64,000 nucleotides of DNA from Burkholderiales bacterium (GTDB taxonomy: Bacteria > Pseudomonadota > Gammaproteobacteria > Burkholderiales > SG8-39), in the NCBI GenBank assembly GCA_035273665.1, contig DATEOW010000128.1:4609-68608 (forward strand). The letters are read 5' to 3'. The position numbers and the translations under genes were made by a program. Below, piece after piece: positions 63,224-64,000 of the stretch. The notes below the pieces were generated by a model. It was not told where the DNA came from and did no database searches. It saw only the letters and a list, made by a program, of their open reading frames with translations. How positions within the stretch are numbered: position 1 is the first letter of the stretch; every line of letters begins with the position of its first letter.

Positions 63224-63227
63224 TGCC
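63212..63227 (+). promoter_or_regulatory. sigma54 -24/-12 promoter (polytopic membrane protein gene at 63256)
   Basis: aGGCACatgccTTGCc. -12 is about 30 nt upstream of the ATG at 63256. It shares 12 of its 16 bp with the minus-strand promoter. Confidence 0.65.
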
Positions 63228-63255
63228 ATAAGTACAAACAAGCAGGCCAAGAACA

Positions 63256-64000
63256 ATGAAAGAAATCGTACTGCCGCATTTCACCGAGGAAGGCGCGCCG
63301 GAAGCGGAGGATGTTGCCGCGCGGCGGGCTGTGCTCGTCCGCACCTTCACCGCTAGCGCTTATGTCGCCGCATTACTCGCTTGCGGTCTTGCGATTGCGG
63401 CATTGCTTGCTGACGTTTCCGGTTATTACCTTGTGCTTGCCCGCTGGGACGGCTGGCCCCATGTGAGGTTGCTCGACGCAGCCTGCGTGCTGCTCTCCTC
63501 GGTTTCAGTGCTCATGCAACAACGAAGGGATCCGGCGAGGCGCATTTGGGCACCTATTCTTTTTGCGCTCACTGTCCTGATCCTGTTACTGGTTTTGCTT
63601 TGGCCGGGGATTCACGGCGGCATGCTCGAACATGCAATGGCCCGTTACCCCGCAGTAGCCTTGTTGACCCTTCAGGTGGCGTTGATCGGCGGCTATCTGG
63701 CCGGTGACTGGGGGCGCATGATCGCGCGCGTTTTCGGCGCGGCAGTCGCGGTACTCGGTTTTTGCGGTCTGCTTGGCGTCGGATTCCGGCTCTCGCTCGG
63801 GATGCCGCCGCTGATGCAACTCTCCTTCCCCGGCGGCATCGCGCTCATCTTGCTGGGTTACAGCATGTTGGTGGGCCGCTCCGACCGTTGGCTGGCGGAA
63901 CAGCTCACCAGTACGCGGCCGTCCGCAATTCTCATTCGCCGTCTGTTGCCGGTCGTCGTCGTACTGCCGGTGTTGTTGGCGGTCGTTCGTGTCTGGGCAC
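63256..64000 (+). CDS. Polytopic membrane protein, N-terminal part (3' end outside window); possibly the sensor module of a signalling protein
   Basis: My translation of frame 1 from ATG 63256 is open to the window end (MKEIVLPHFTEEGAPEAEDVAARRAVLVRTFTASAYVAALLACGLAIAALL...). It has at least 6 hydrophobic helices and resembles the N-terminus of the GGDEF protein at 15180. It is not in the ORF track because there is no stop in the window. Confidence 0.55.
   Translation, partial: MKEIVLPHFTEEGAPEAEDVAARRAVLVRTFTASAYVAALLACGLAIAALLADVSGYYLVLARWDGWPHVRLLDAACVLLSSVSVLMQQRRDPARRIWAPILFALTVLILLLVLLWPGIHGGMLEHAMARYPAVALLTLQVALIGGYLAGDWGRMIARVFGAAVAVLGFCGLLGVGFRLSLGMPPLMQLSFPGGIALILLGYSMLVGRSDRWLAEQLTSTRPSAILIRRLLPVVVVLPVLLAVVRVWA

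Noticed and set aside
31900-63260. The sigma54-rich region as a horizontally acquired mobile island
   Set aside because: No integrase, transposase, tRNA, flanking direct repeats or obvious compositional break was seen. The word island is used here only for regulatory clustering.

Overview
GC-rich proteobacterial chromosomal DNA with no rRNA, tRNA, CRISPR array, transposase or integrase that I could see. The window has two parts.

Left part (1-31.8 kb), ordinary functions:
- Two hybrid histidine kinases and a CheY-like regulator.
- Adjacent tungstate (tupBCA-like) and molybdate (modABC) ABC importers.
- A LysR regulator, an aldehyde dehydrogenase, a membrane GGDEF protein and corA.
- A Moco operon (mobB-moeA-moaD-moaE) running into crcB and a DUF190 gene.
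- A four-gene periplasmic metal-handling cluster.
- A Ser/Thr kinase fused to a cNMP-binding domain.
- clpB with an RpoH-type promoter, and uspA.

Right part (about 31.9-63.3 kb), the main observation:
- By eye I found 22 sigma54-type -24/-12 motifs (GGCAY-N5-TTGC and near variants). Each lies in an intergenic gap, faces a start codon, and has its -12 GC 22-119 nt upstream of that start.
- Five pairs are back-to-back divergent promoters, and one further pair is a fully overlapping palindromic bidirectional promoter.
- The region carries its own rpoN gene, outside the usual lptB-rpoN-hpf context and preceded by a sigma54 motif. It also carries an orphan NtrC-type response-regulator activator.
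- The downstream genes are of general-stress, dormancy and envelope type: DUF1328, disordered hydrophilins, ClsB-like PLD, OsmB-like, PRC-barrel x2, PA2169-family, ElaB/YqjD x2, DUF4142, YeaQ/GlsB, hemerythrin, YghA/YdaD-like SDR, AsmA, DUF748 and YihY.
- They also include DNA enzymes (an UdgX-like glycosylase and topoisomerase IB) and a nine-gene glycosylation operon.

I interpret the right part as a sigma54-paralogue-driven general stress regulon island. This rests on manual reading of intergenic regions only. It needs a PWM scan and transcription start site mapping.
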